IMG/VR virus record: IMGVR_UViG_3300020473_000021
Coordinates: 1 to 64,000 of that record
From: a virus
DNA length: 64,000 nt
Strand: one strand, 5' to 3'
Below the pieces are notes generated by a model. It had not been told where the DNA came from and did no database searches. It saw only the letters and a program-made list of their open reading frames with translations. The translations under genes were made by a program, and so were the position numbers. The first letter of the stretch is position 1, and every line of letters starts with the position of its first letter. This document shows, in pieces, positions 1 to 7,892 of this stretch.

Positions 1-174
1 CGACTGTCTGTATATTTAGTCGATTCCGATAAAGTCTTACAGGGTGAAACGCAATGTGCTTTCCATCCTGACAATGCCACGTTGATTGAACAGTTGGACT
101 TTGAACGGTCCATCGAATATGGCTATGGTCATCGAAGTTCTTTAACTTTGGAGCCACTAAGAGAGCTAGCCTAA
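1..174 (+). CDS. 3' end of a hypothetical protein (truncated by window start)
   Basis: Frame 1 is open from base 1 (RLSVYLVDSDK...LRELA) to TAA at 172-174. Confidence 0.6.
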   Translation, partial: RLSVYLVDSDKVLQGETQCAFHPDNATLIEQLDFERSIEYGYGHRSSLTLEPLRELA

Positions 175-193
175 AAAACGCGGGAGAGTAATC

Positions 194-448
194 ATGTCTA
201 AAATCAGTTCAATAACTGAGCGAGTAACGACAATAAAAAGCGGTCTGTATTTAACACCTAAGGAACCGATCGATGAATCCGTTCAGAAGTTGTTGGGTAA
301 ATCTTTTCTTTATCGTTACCATCGCCCTAACCACGTTTATAAAGGGCGCGTTATTTCCATTGTGGACAATAAACGTATCGTGGTGATGTTTGAATCGGGT
401 GAAGTAATGACCCGATACATCAGTAGCTTTGATTTTAAGGAGGATTAG
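194..448 (+). CDS. hypothetical protein
   Basis: 84-aa ORF with a GGGAG RBS upstream. Confidence 0.7.
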   Translation: MSKISSITERVTTIKSGLYLTPKEPIDESVQKLLGKSFLYRYHRPNHVYKGRVISIVDNKRIVVMFESGEVMTRYISSFDFKED

Positions 449-450
449 CT

Positions 451-624
451 ATGCCGAGTAAAAGTAAGAAACAATCACGCTTCATGCGGGCTGCTGCTCA
501 CGATAAAGAGTTTGCTGACAAACACAACATCGATCAAGACGTAGCTCGTGAATTTGTTAAGAAGGATCAGGAAGAAAAGGAAAAGAATGATGGTAAGGAA
601 TCTGATTCAGAAAATAAAAGCTAA
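451..624 (+). CDS. small phage protein, 57 aa (not in ORF track)
   Basis: AAGGAGG RBS then ATG at 451: MPSKSKKQSRFMRAAAHDKEFADKHNIDQDVAREF...; TAA at 622-624. Confidence 0.75.
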   Translation: MPSKSKKQSRFMRAAAHDKEFADKHNIDQDVAREFVKKDQEEKEKNDGKESDSENKS

Positions 625-1060
625 ACTGTCGCCATTCCCTAGTGAAATAAAAGGTCATTGGTATACTGGGGCTTGGTATATGTGGCAGTGTGATCTCAAC
701 AAGTTTGATCTACCAGCTAAAAGCGATAAGATAGTACCATTTGCAACCGGTAAGAAGATTGCGTTCGATCCGTTTGAGGTCGGATTAATCTACTCACACA
801 GAAATGGTAATTTGGTAGATGGACTTATTCCTGTCATGATGATTGAGGATATGGTAGGTCTTTATGAGCCAAGTAAAACCTATCCTAGACAGGAATTGAG
901 ATCTGATCTTGCCGCTTGGGATGATGGGCGTAAAGTCGATTTAACCTTTAAGAAATCGATACCACTAAATAAGGTAGTTGATATATTACAACTTAAAGGT
1001 CGTCGTATGACGTTCCTTGGTCCCGACCACAAAATGGTCATTCACTCTAAAACATTGTAA
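587..1060 (+). CDS. hypothetical protein
   Basis: ORF 548-1060; ATG 587 (MMVRNLIQK) follows AAGGA and is the more likely start. Confidence 0.65.
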   Translation: MMVRNLIQKIKAKLSPFPSEIKGHWYTGAWYMWQCDLNKFDLPAKSDKIVPFATGKKIAFDPFEVGLIYSHRNGNLVDGLIPVMMIEDMVGLYEPSKTYPRQELRSDLAAWDDGRKVDLTFKKSIPLNKVVDILQLKGRRMTFLGPDHKMVIHSKTL

Positions 1061-1089
1061 AACGTTACAGGGGTGAATAACTATATGTA

Positions 1090-1452
1090 GCAGTGATGCT
1101 TTCCCATTGTGTCATTGTGAAAAACCGTCTGGGTAGCGCCACCTTTGGTGGGAGCCATTGGAACTAACAGACACATCGAAGGTTTTTGCCCTTATCTGCG
1201 TTCGGGCTATCCTTACTTCCTTGTGTGTGACTCCAATAGCAGCCAATTGTGGCGTCCAGATACAGCCGCACATTCAGGGTCTTCGTGTGCGGTAGAGGGC
1301 CTATAAGCTGACGACCTAGGCGTTCCATGTTTACTCCTATAAATGTTAGGGATGCCTGCCGAAGCTCGAGTTCGATCGCAAGGGCTTGAGGGGGTAAAAC
1401 CAATAAACCGCGTCTCCCGGAGTCTTCGGACTCTGGGAGGTTTATTATTTTT
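1090..1452 (+). ncRNA. putative structured non-coding RNA of unknown family
   Basis: Gene-free gap of about 410 bp containing at least five stems with G-U pairs on the + strand, ending in a UUCG hairpin and T-run. Confidence 0.55.
1414..1452 (+). terminator. intrinsic terminator
   Basis: CTCCCGGAGTC-TTCG-GACTCTGGGAG then GTTTATTATTTTT. Confidence 0.8.
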
Positions 1453-1472
1453 GTCTTACTCAGGAGACTATT

Positions 1473-2141
1473 ATGTCAGAGACAAACTTAGGCGACATTA
1501 AAGCAAGTTTGGTAGGTGATCACAATCCCGGTGAAATCACAGCCATACTTGGAACATCACATTCGGGTAAGACCGAAACGCTAATTAAGTTGGTAGCCAT
1601 TGAAGCTATTGAGCGTGAGACAAGTGACTATGATGAAATTATATTCGTCGTACGTGAAGAGAAACCGGAGTTAGTTGCTCGTAAATCGTTGTTCTATTTC
1701 CTAAAACATCTCGGTGAGATACCTGAGCAGATGTCGTTTGATGATACCGTACAGTTTGTACTGGACGACGACATCATCAATAAGCATTGGGATAACATCA
1801 AAATCGTGTATGCTCCGTTGGGTGCTGACTTACAAGACGATATCCACGTCGGTAAAAAGAATACACTATTCTTAATCGATGGGCTCGGTAACATGACGAG
1901 TGAATTTATCGAGTCATTTAAAGCTGATGGGAATAGTCTTGTTATAACTGCAAGTGCACCTGTATCGGGAATAGGTAGTTTGTCGGATGCTGTAGGTAAA
2001 AACACACTATCATTACCTAACTTGGCAGACCGAACGATCATCACTGAACGTAAGTCAACCGAGCAAGGTGTCAATAAACATCAGTTGACGCACGGTGATG
2101 ATGTCAAAGAACTATCTACGGTCAAACTCGAAGTTTTCTAA
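1473..2141 (+). CDS. RecA/DnaB-fold P-loop NTPase-like protein
   Basis: Walker A GTSHSGKT, acidic pair in IIFVVREE, Walker B-like LFLIDG; CAGGAG RBS. Confidence 0.6.
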   Translation: MSETNLGDIKASLVGDHNPGEITAILGTSHSGKTETLIKLVAIEAIERETSDYDEIIFVVREEKPELVARKSLFYFLKHLGEIPEQMSFDDTVQFVLDDDIINKHWDNIKIVYAPLGADLQDDIHVGKKNTLFLIDGLGNMTSEFIESFKADGNSLVITASAPVSGIGSLSDAVGKNTLSLPNLADRTIITERKSTEQGVNKHQLTHGDDVKELSTVKLEVF

Positions 2142-2150
2142 GGTGGGAAA

Positions 2151-2660
2151 ATGAGTAATAACGTAGCCAGTATATCGGCTTTCAAAAAGAATAAGAAGAA
2201 GCGTGTTTCTGATGCGGTGCCTGATGACTATAAAGGTACTTACCATGAGGATGTAATGCGCTTAACTTCTCTATTGGAAGATCTGTGTATCGATCCTAAG
2301 AACGAAGAACCTTTCTATACATCGGGGATAAACAACTTCACCGTAGAAGGTAAAGTTCATCCAACGTTGATGTTCGATGGTTTAATGAATGACATGTCAG
2401 ATCGCCTACCTGAGGCAGCGGTGTTTCCGTTTGCACTCATAAACGGTGCAGCGTCACATGAAGACCGTAAAGAAGAATTCTTGGACACGATGAGTAAAGT
2501 GTCGAGTCTTATCATTACGGTTTGTTGTGAAATGGGTAGACGTACGATGTGCGCTAGTCACGATCAAGATGAGATTAGTCTGTTCGTTGAGGCCGATGAC
2601 GGTAGTGCTGTTGTGCTCTCAATTAAGATACACATGAATGGTAAGGAAGTAGAAAAATGA
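2151..2660 (+). CDS. hypothetical protein
   Basis: 169-aa ORF; ATGA overlap with dcd. Confidence 0.7.
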   Translation: MSNNVASISAFKKNKKKRVSDAVPDDYKGTYHEDVMRLTSLLEDLCIDPKNEEPFYTSGINNFTVEGKVHPTLMFDGLMNDMSDRLPEAAVFPFALINGAASHEDRKEEFLDTMSKVSSLIITVCCEMGRRTMCASHDQDEISLFVEADDGSAVVLSIKIHMNGKEVEK

Positions 2661-3295
2661 TTTTATCTGACATCACGATCAGACAACTATGTACCGGTCC
2701 AGAATACGAAGGTATTTTATCTGAGGCCATCGATGAAATGACAGCACGGGTCGTGCGTAAGATACCACATGGTCGTCCCATGATCGAACCATTCGTATCT
2801 GAGTCTATCAAGAACGATGAGCGTGGTCGCATAGCTAGCTTCGGTTTATCGTCATATGGCTACGACGTCCGACTGGCTAAGAAGTTTAAGATATTTACCA
2901 ATATCAATAACTCACTAATCGACCCGCTCGATATGCCAGAAGACTGCTATCACGAGCAGGAAGGCGATAGTGTCATATTGCCACCCAATAGCTATCTCTT
3001 AGGACATACGGTAGAGACCTTTGATATCCCACGCAATGTCTCCGTTGTATGCTTAGGAAAGAGCACGTGGGCTCGTGCTGGCGTTATCGTTAACGTTACA
3101 CCTATCGAGGCTGGCTTTAAGGGTCAGGTAGTCATTGAGATATCCAATGCAACGAATCTACCCATTAAGATCCATGCGGGTATGGGTATCGCACAATTCC
3201 AATTCTTCTTAGGCGATCGTCCGTGTGAAGTATCGTACGATGATCGCGGTGGGAAGTACCAGGGTCAGTCTGGTATTCAACTGGCAAAAGTTTAA
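2657..3295 (+). CDS. dcd: dCTP deaminase
   Basis: Motifs MILSD, SFGLSSYGYDVRL, GKSTWARAG, VTPIEAGFKGQVVIEISN and GGKYQGQ. Confidence 0.95.
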   Translation: MILSDITIRQLCTGPEYEGILSEAIDEMTARVVRKIPHGRPMIEPFVSESIKNDERGRIASFGLSSYGYDVRLAKKFKIFTNINNSLIDPLDMPEDCYHEQEGDSVILPPNSYLLGHTVETFDIPRNVSVVCLGKSTWARAGVIVNVTPIEAGFKGQVVIEISNATNLPIKIHAGMGIAQFQFFLGDRPCEVSYDDRGGKYQGQSGIQLAKV

Positions 3296-3317
3296 ACACG
3301 AAAAGTAAAGGGGATAA

Positions 3318-3797
3318 TTGATAATGAAAAACGCACCGTTATTTGTAAACAAAGTAAAAGGCGCACTACATTCAGTCAAGTTGGGTGTGGATATCATGCT
3401 TAAAACGAATCCACAGGGTGAGATCAATCAGGTTGTAGATATCCTAGATCTTATCCACCAAGAAGTTCATTCACATACCGCTGGCGTCGATGGTCCAACT
3501 ATCGATATCGAGTGGTTGCGTGACAACATATCGGGCAATGACTTATCTGCTATGTTGGTGACTGATGTAGAAGGTCCTAACGGTGAGTGGTTGGGTAGTG
3601 AAGATGCCGCATGTACAATCCGTGGTCCTATTGAGACTACAGTGCGACTCAACAATACAATAATTCGAGTCAGTGGCATCTCCGAAGAAGAGACTCTCGA
3701 TATGACAACAAAAGTACGCATCACATCTGAAGGTGCTCCGTTGTTTGAGAATATGAACTACTTACTTATGGCTGAAGTGAGTGTTTCTCTACAATAA
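3318..3797 (+). CDS. hypothetical protein
   Basis: 159-aa ORF followed by a terminator. Confidence 0.7.
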   Translation: MIMKNAPLFVNKVKGALHSVKLGVDIMLKTNPQGEINQVVDILDLIHQEVHSHTAGVDGPTIDIEWLRDNISGNDLSAMLVTDVEGPNGEWLGSEDAACTIRGPIETTVRLNNTIIRVSGISEEETLDMTTKVRITSEGAPLFENMNYLLMAEVSVSLQ

Positions 3798-3805
3798 CCA
3801 ATTCG

Positions 3806-3832
3806 AGGGAGCTTCGGCTCCCTTTATTTTTT
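3806..3832 (+). terminator. intrinsic terminator
   Basis: AGGGAGC-TTCG-GCTCCCT + TTATTTTTT. Confidence 0.85.
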
Positions 3833-3894
3833 GTTGTACAGTGATAACCGATTATATTGATATTTAATGTCGCCCGTATAACAGGAGAACAATA

Positions 3895-4164
3895 ATGGAA
3901 CCAGGATACAGTAGTCTAGGTGTAGAGCTTGGTGATGAAACGCTTTCTGAAATAGCGATTAAAGAAAAGATAAACCGCCGTATCAATCGCCTAGCCAGTG
4001 AACTCTCACCTCAAGCACTCAAAGTCGTCTCAGAGCGCCTGAAAGCCAGCGAGGCGGGTTTAATCGGTAAGTTCGCACATTCAGACGAGGAAGCTCTTTT
4101 AGAGGTTGAGATAGCGCGTGAGGTGGATTCGGCAATAGACCAGTTGAGGAGTGGAAATGGCTAA
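3895..4164 (+). CDS. hypothetical protein
   Basis: CAGGAG RBS, 89 aa. Confidence 0.7.
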   Translation: MEPGYSSLGVELGDETLSEIAIKEKINRRINRLASELSPQALKVVSERLKASEAGLIGKFAHSDEEALLEVEIAREVDSAIDQLRSGNG

Positions 4165-4339
4165 GTCTAAAAACCGTAAGAAGAAGATCTCCGAGGCAGA
4201 GAAACACCGTCGTCAAATGCAATCCTATCGAACTCAGTTCCGCCAGATTCCTAAGAACAAGATGACTGAGGAAGATGTGGAAGTTGCTAAGGAGCTAGAA
4301 GCGGCTCACGTCGACTCAATTTCTGGCCCATGGTCTTAG
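4157..4339 (+). CDS. small protein with basic N-terminus
   Basis: GAGGAG RBS before MAKSKNRKKK. Confidence 0.65.
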   Translation: MAKSKNRKKKISEAEKHRRQMQSYRTQFRQIPKNKMTEEDVEVAKELEAAHVDSISGPWS

Positions 4340-4351
4340 TTATCCGAAAGT

Positions 4352-4378
4352 ATTTGAAGTATATATCACTAACGTGAG
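4352..4378 (+). promoter_or_regulatory. putative phage early promoter
   Basis: ATTTGAAGTATATATCACTAACGTGAG; one of seven aligned intergenic copies resembling the phiKZ early TATATTAC element. Confidence 0.65.
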
Positions 4379-4453
4379 TGCTCGTGCACGTTTTCTCGGT
4401 AGGGGCGTAAAGTCCCTACCTTTATTCCGTCTTGAAAGTAAAAGGCCATTATC

Positions 4454-5068
4454 ATGTTGAAAGAAAAAGAAATGAAGGAAATGAATTTAGAGTTGGCTAA
4501 CTCTAACCCACACTCACTTGAGATAAAGTTAAGTCTCTACTTGGACTTAAGTCTGTTTGAGGGTGGTTGCGGCTATAGAGGTAATCTATTAGATGAAATT
4601 CGTAAGTCTGTATCTGGCGAAGTGAACGATTATGCTGACACACTACCTAAACTAAAACCACACCACATAAACAATGTTGAATTAAAGCAACTATGTCAAA
4701 CTACAGAGTTTGGTGAAGACGATATTGTTGATAGGGATTACCCCCCAGAGATCGATTTATTATGTGGATACTCCCTACACGATGAAAGAGTGGGAGTTAT
4801 AGAGCCTTTCGCGGAAGTTTACAATTGGGATGATCCGGAGTTAGAAGATTTTATTGTACCAGTAAAAGCGGCGTATTCTAAAATAAGCGGCGACTTATTC
4901 GTTTATTTCAAAAACAATAAAGTAGATTTAAACTACCATGAATTTATCCTGGTTGACGTTACCATTTTCTCGGCATGCGACCTTAATGCTTATGACGACA
5001 TAGATCCAATTGCTTACTACCACGATGTAGTTGATGATATCATGGACTCTGAAATAGACGATATTTAG
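4454..5068 (+). CDS. hypothetical acidic protein
   Basis: 204-aa ORF downstream of the promoter motif. Confidence 0.7.
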   Translation: MLKEKEMKEMNLELANSNPHSLEIKLSLYLDLSLFEGGCGYRGNLLDEIRKSVSGEVNDYADTLPKLKPHHINNVELKQLCQTTEFGEDDIVDRDYPPEIDLLCGYSLHDERVGVIEPFAEVYNWDDPELEDFIVPVKAAYSKISGDLFVYFKNNKVDLNYHEFILVDVTIFSACDLNAYDDIDPIAYYHDVVDDIMDSEIDDI

Positions 5069-5082
5069 AAAGACAACATAAT

Positions 5083-5112
5083 AGGAGGGCACCAGCCCTC
5101 CTTTATTTTTTG
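5083..5112. terminator. terminator between convergent genes
   Basis: AGGAGGGC-ACCA-GCCCTCCT + TTATTTTTTG. Confidence 0.8.
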
Positions 5113-5118
5113 TCTTTA

Positions 5119-5538
5119 CTATGACCAGTCACGCATTTCGTGTAGCATTTCTCGCCATTCTTTATCTGACCCATCAAACATCTTCAATGCTTTATTGGTT
5201 TCTTTCTTTAATACCCATTCGATCTTGCTAATGTCTTGCTCAATAGTGAATGAGTTACTATACCCATGTTCAGTACTTACTTCATCGACTTCAATTTTTA
5301 CTTTATATTTCTCATCCAGTCGAGGAACGCGGGGTAAGTTAGCATTATCGCAAGAACAGTACCGGAATGTCAGGCGAATACGGATATCCTCATCACTAGC
5401 ATACCGTTGTTCAAAACAAGCAGCACACCAATTATCTTTAGACGTCACCATGCGTAGAGTGAAACCCATCTCTACTAGGTATTCTTTTAATTGATCAAAA
5501 AAATTAGACTGACTTTTACATCGGATACAAACTGACAT
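5119..5538 (-). CDS. hypothetical protein
   Basis: Likely start MSVCIRCK at 5538 after GGAAAGGA; the longer start crosses a terminator. Confidence 0.65.
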   Translation of the reverse strand: MSVCIRCKSQSNFFDQLKEYLVEMGFTLRMVTSKDNWCAACFEQRYASDEDIRIRLTFRYCSCDNANLPRVPRLDEKYKVKIEVDEVSTEHGYSNSFTIEQDISKIEWVLKKETNKALKMFDGSDKEWREMLHEMRDWS

Positions 5539-5552
5539 AAAGTTTCCTTTCC

Positions 5553-5579
5553 AAAAATAAAGGGAGACCGAAGTCTCCC
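5553..5579 (-). terminator. intrinsic terminator after dnaB
   Basis: Minus strand GGGAGAC-TTCG-GTCTCCC + TTTATTTTT. Confidence 0.8.
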
Positions 5580-5592
5580 GATTATAAAGCAA

Positions 5593-7134
5593 TCAATCAT
5601 CAAAATCGATTTGCTCGCCTTGTATATCCATCAAGCTACCGAGTGAACGATCTTCACCATTAATATCGTCCGGTAAGAAACCAATCTCAGAGAAAGGTAA
5701 ATAGAAACTCCGGTCCTTAATCGGTGTAGGTCGTACCGTACGGTGCTTACCACGGTGTACGTGTAGATAGAACTTCTTATTGCGTTCTACGATGTCTACG
5801 AAGATCTCAAGGTCTGCTTCGTTGGCGATACGCTTTGAACCATCCCAATAGTTCTTACCCGCAACCTCTTGTAGGAAGTTACCAACACCTGAACGTTTAA
5901 GGTTCATCGACTCTTGCGATAGCTGGTGTGGGGTAATGAACAAGATTCTTCTTGCCGACATAAAATTACGAACGTTCTGCATCAACTGTCGAACATCCTC
6001 ACCAGTCATACCACCACGCTGTTGAAAGTTGCTCTTATTGATCAATGCAAGGTAGTCACAAGTGATGGATTGTACCTCAAAACCATTCTCCTCATAACGA
6101 AGTACCATATTGAATAAATCGTCAGAAGTAAATGTCGTCGGGTCGATACGCATCATCGCGACTTCAAACCCAGTTTCCGATAAACGCTTGGATACATAGC
6201 GCGACGCTTCTTCTGGGTTGACTTTACTGATGTCGACTTCTTCACCAGTATCGTTCTCAATCAAAGCGATATACATCCGCAAAAGATCTTTCTCAGCTTC
6301 GTTCTCTGTCGAGATATATAGCTTGATCGCCTTTTTGTTAGGATCATCCAAGATAGGTTTGTTGTGAATACACATCTGACGGAATAAATCGTGTGTCAGA
6401 CCAGATTTATAATTGTGCGTTAGACCACCCACCAACACAAACATACCACGTCGCAGTGTGCCTGATTCACCCAGCATGCGATTCATAGCATGCCAACCTG
6501 TCTTAAACCCACTTGCAGTACCAATATCTCCATCGGCATCCTCTTTAGCTCGCTCCATTAGCGCAGATAAAGATTTGGGGTCAGACATAGTTGCCATGTT
6601 TAAAATGTAGTCCTGCTGGTTTTTACTCCAGCTTGACGAGTATTCTTCTAAGTCAGCAATAAGGGATGTGACAAATTCTCTTGAGTTGTTGACTTTCTTT
6701 TGCTCATACAGCAGGGTGCGGTGAGCTTTATCAATGCGCTCACGAAGTTTCCACTGCATGTATTTATTCTCTAGTTCCTTTCTGATGTCGGTGCACATCT
6801 TCACCACACCATCGTCATCACGCTTTTTAATCCGATCTAAGTCAGACAATACTTCTTTTATCTTATCATCATATTTACTTATATAGCTAAAGCGCTGATT
6901 CATCGAATCAAAATCAAACTGTTCATTCTGTGGTTGCTCTAACATCCACAATGCAAGTTCTTTCAATGTTAGGATAACACTTCGTCCGATATCACTCTCT
7001 GTGACATGTTCTGGCAGCTTAAGGTTATCCAAGATATTCTTTGCAAGCTCATCTGAGCGCTTTTCAATTTTAGCACACGCACTCTCACCAAAGAGTAGTG
7101 TTATCAATCTCACTAGTACGTATTTTGTATCCAT
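5593..7134 (-). CDS. dnaB: DnaB-like replicative helicase (phiKZ gp118-like)
   Basis: GFKTGWHAMNRMLG, variant Walker A GGLTHNYKS, YISTENE, CDYL, TPHQLS, RGKHR; divergent from the capsid gene as in phiKZ. Confidence 0.88.
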   Translation of the reverse strand: MDTKYVLVRLITLLFGESACAKIEKRSDELAKNILDNLKLPEHVTESDIGRSVILTLKELALWMLEQPQNEQFDFDSMNQRFSYISKYDDKIKEVLSDLDRIKKRDDDGVVKMCTDIRKELENKYMQWKLRERIDKAHRTLLYEQKKVNNSREFVTSLIADLEEYSSSWSKNQQDYILNMATMSDPKSLSALMERAKEDADGDIGTASGFKTGWHAMNRMLGESGTLRRGMFVLVGGLTHNYKSGLTHDLFRQMCIHNKPILDDPNKKAIKLYISTENEAEKDLLRMYIALIENDTGEEVDISKVNPEEASRYVSKRLSETGFEVAMMRIDPTTFTSDDLFNMVLRYEENGFEVQSITCDYLALINKSNFQQRGGMTGEDVRQLMQNVRNFMSARRILFITPHQLSQESMNLKRSGVGNFLQEVAGKNYWDGSKRIANEADLEIFVDIVERNKKFYLHVHRGKHRTVRPTPIKDRSFYLPFSEIGFLPDDINGEDRSLGSLMDIQGEQIDFDD

Positions 7135-7276
7135 TGCTCAACCTTACAGCATTATTTTTCAACAAAAGATGTTTATGAATTCTATGACCATATCAAAGGT
7201 CACTCAGATACTTTTTGAAATGTCTTCAAATAGTGTGTATCCATTTTTTTAATTAACATCCTCCGGAGGATACCTA

Positions 7277-7819
7277 ATGCGTATAGTAATCATACCGTAT
7301 TGGTTACAAACTACCTTATTAAGAAATGGATTGTCACTACGCGACTGCTGCGACAAAGATGCGTTTAAACCTTACGTATCTAATGGAGACTTACGTCGTT
7401 ACCAAGATGCTCAGCACATCGGCGCGAGTTATTTGGCAGACCGTTTCAAATTTAACATACAAGATCTATTATCTGTCGGAGTGAATTTCGGTTCACCTAT
7501 CGAACTGGATAATAAAGAAAATGATTTCGTATGTTCGGTTTCCGACAATCTAGAAGTGCAACATGTTTTGGTGGGTCGTGCGCTTACACCCGACCTTAGT
7601 ATGAGTGTACATGCTAATCCAATGGCATTGAACAGCGGGGAAATTGTCCTTGCCATTACGGTTAACGTGGAAACGAGTGAGGATCGTCCTGGTTTTGAAT
7701 CTGAAGCTGCGACACACTTCTTCAAAGATCTTAACGAGGCTCTCTACAACTGTCACGTACCAATTAGCAGTCTTGCAAACTGTGGGCTGCTCTCAGCTTA
7801 TGTTAATCGTTTAAACTAA
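7277..7819 (+). CDS. conserved protein preceding the capsid gene (phiKZ gp119-like by position)
   Basis: GGAGG RBS; lies between dnaB and the capsid gene. Confidence 0.65.
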   Translation: MRIVIIPYWLQTTLLRNGLSLRDCCDKDAFKPYVSNGDLRRYQDAQHIGASYLADRFKFNIQDLLSVGVNFGSPIELDNKENDFVCSVSDNLEVQHVLVGRALTPDLSMSVHANPMALNSGEIVLAITVNVETSEDRPGFESEAATHFFKDLNEALYNCHVPISSLANCGLLSAYVNRLN

Positions 7820-7892
7820 TGTTATAGTAGTTTAGCTAAATGCGGCTACTTTGCCCGTTAGTTTTCTTTTTGATCAAAAGGAATAAAGTATT

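Noticed and set aside
1308-1364. CTGACGA ... GAAG resembling a hammerhead ribozyme core
   Set aside because: The conserved GAAA and the R-Y closing pair of stem II are missing, and no stems I/III with a UH site were found.
1300-1402. tmRNA or tRNA-like reading (short ADDLGVPCLLL frame, GTTCGA, ACCA)
   Set aside because: No acceptor stem or paired T-arm; GTTCGA belongs to another hairpin.
1164-1403. 79-aa minus-strand ORF
   Set aside because: No convincing RBS, antisense to all neighbours, and it coincides with + strand RNA structure.
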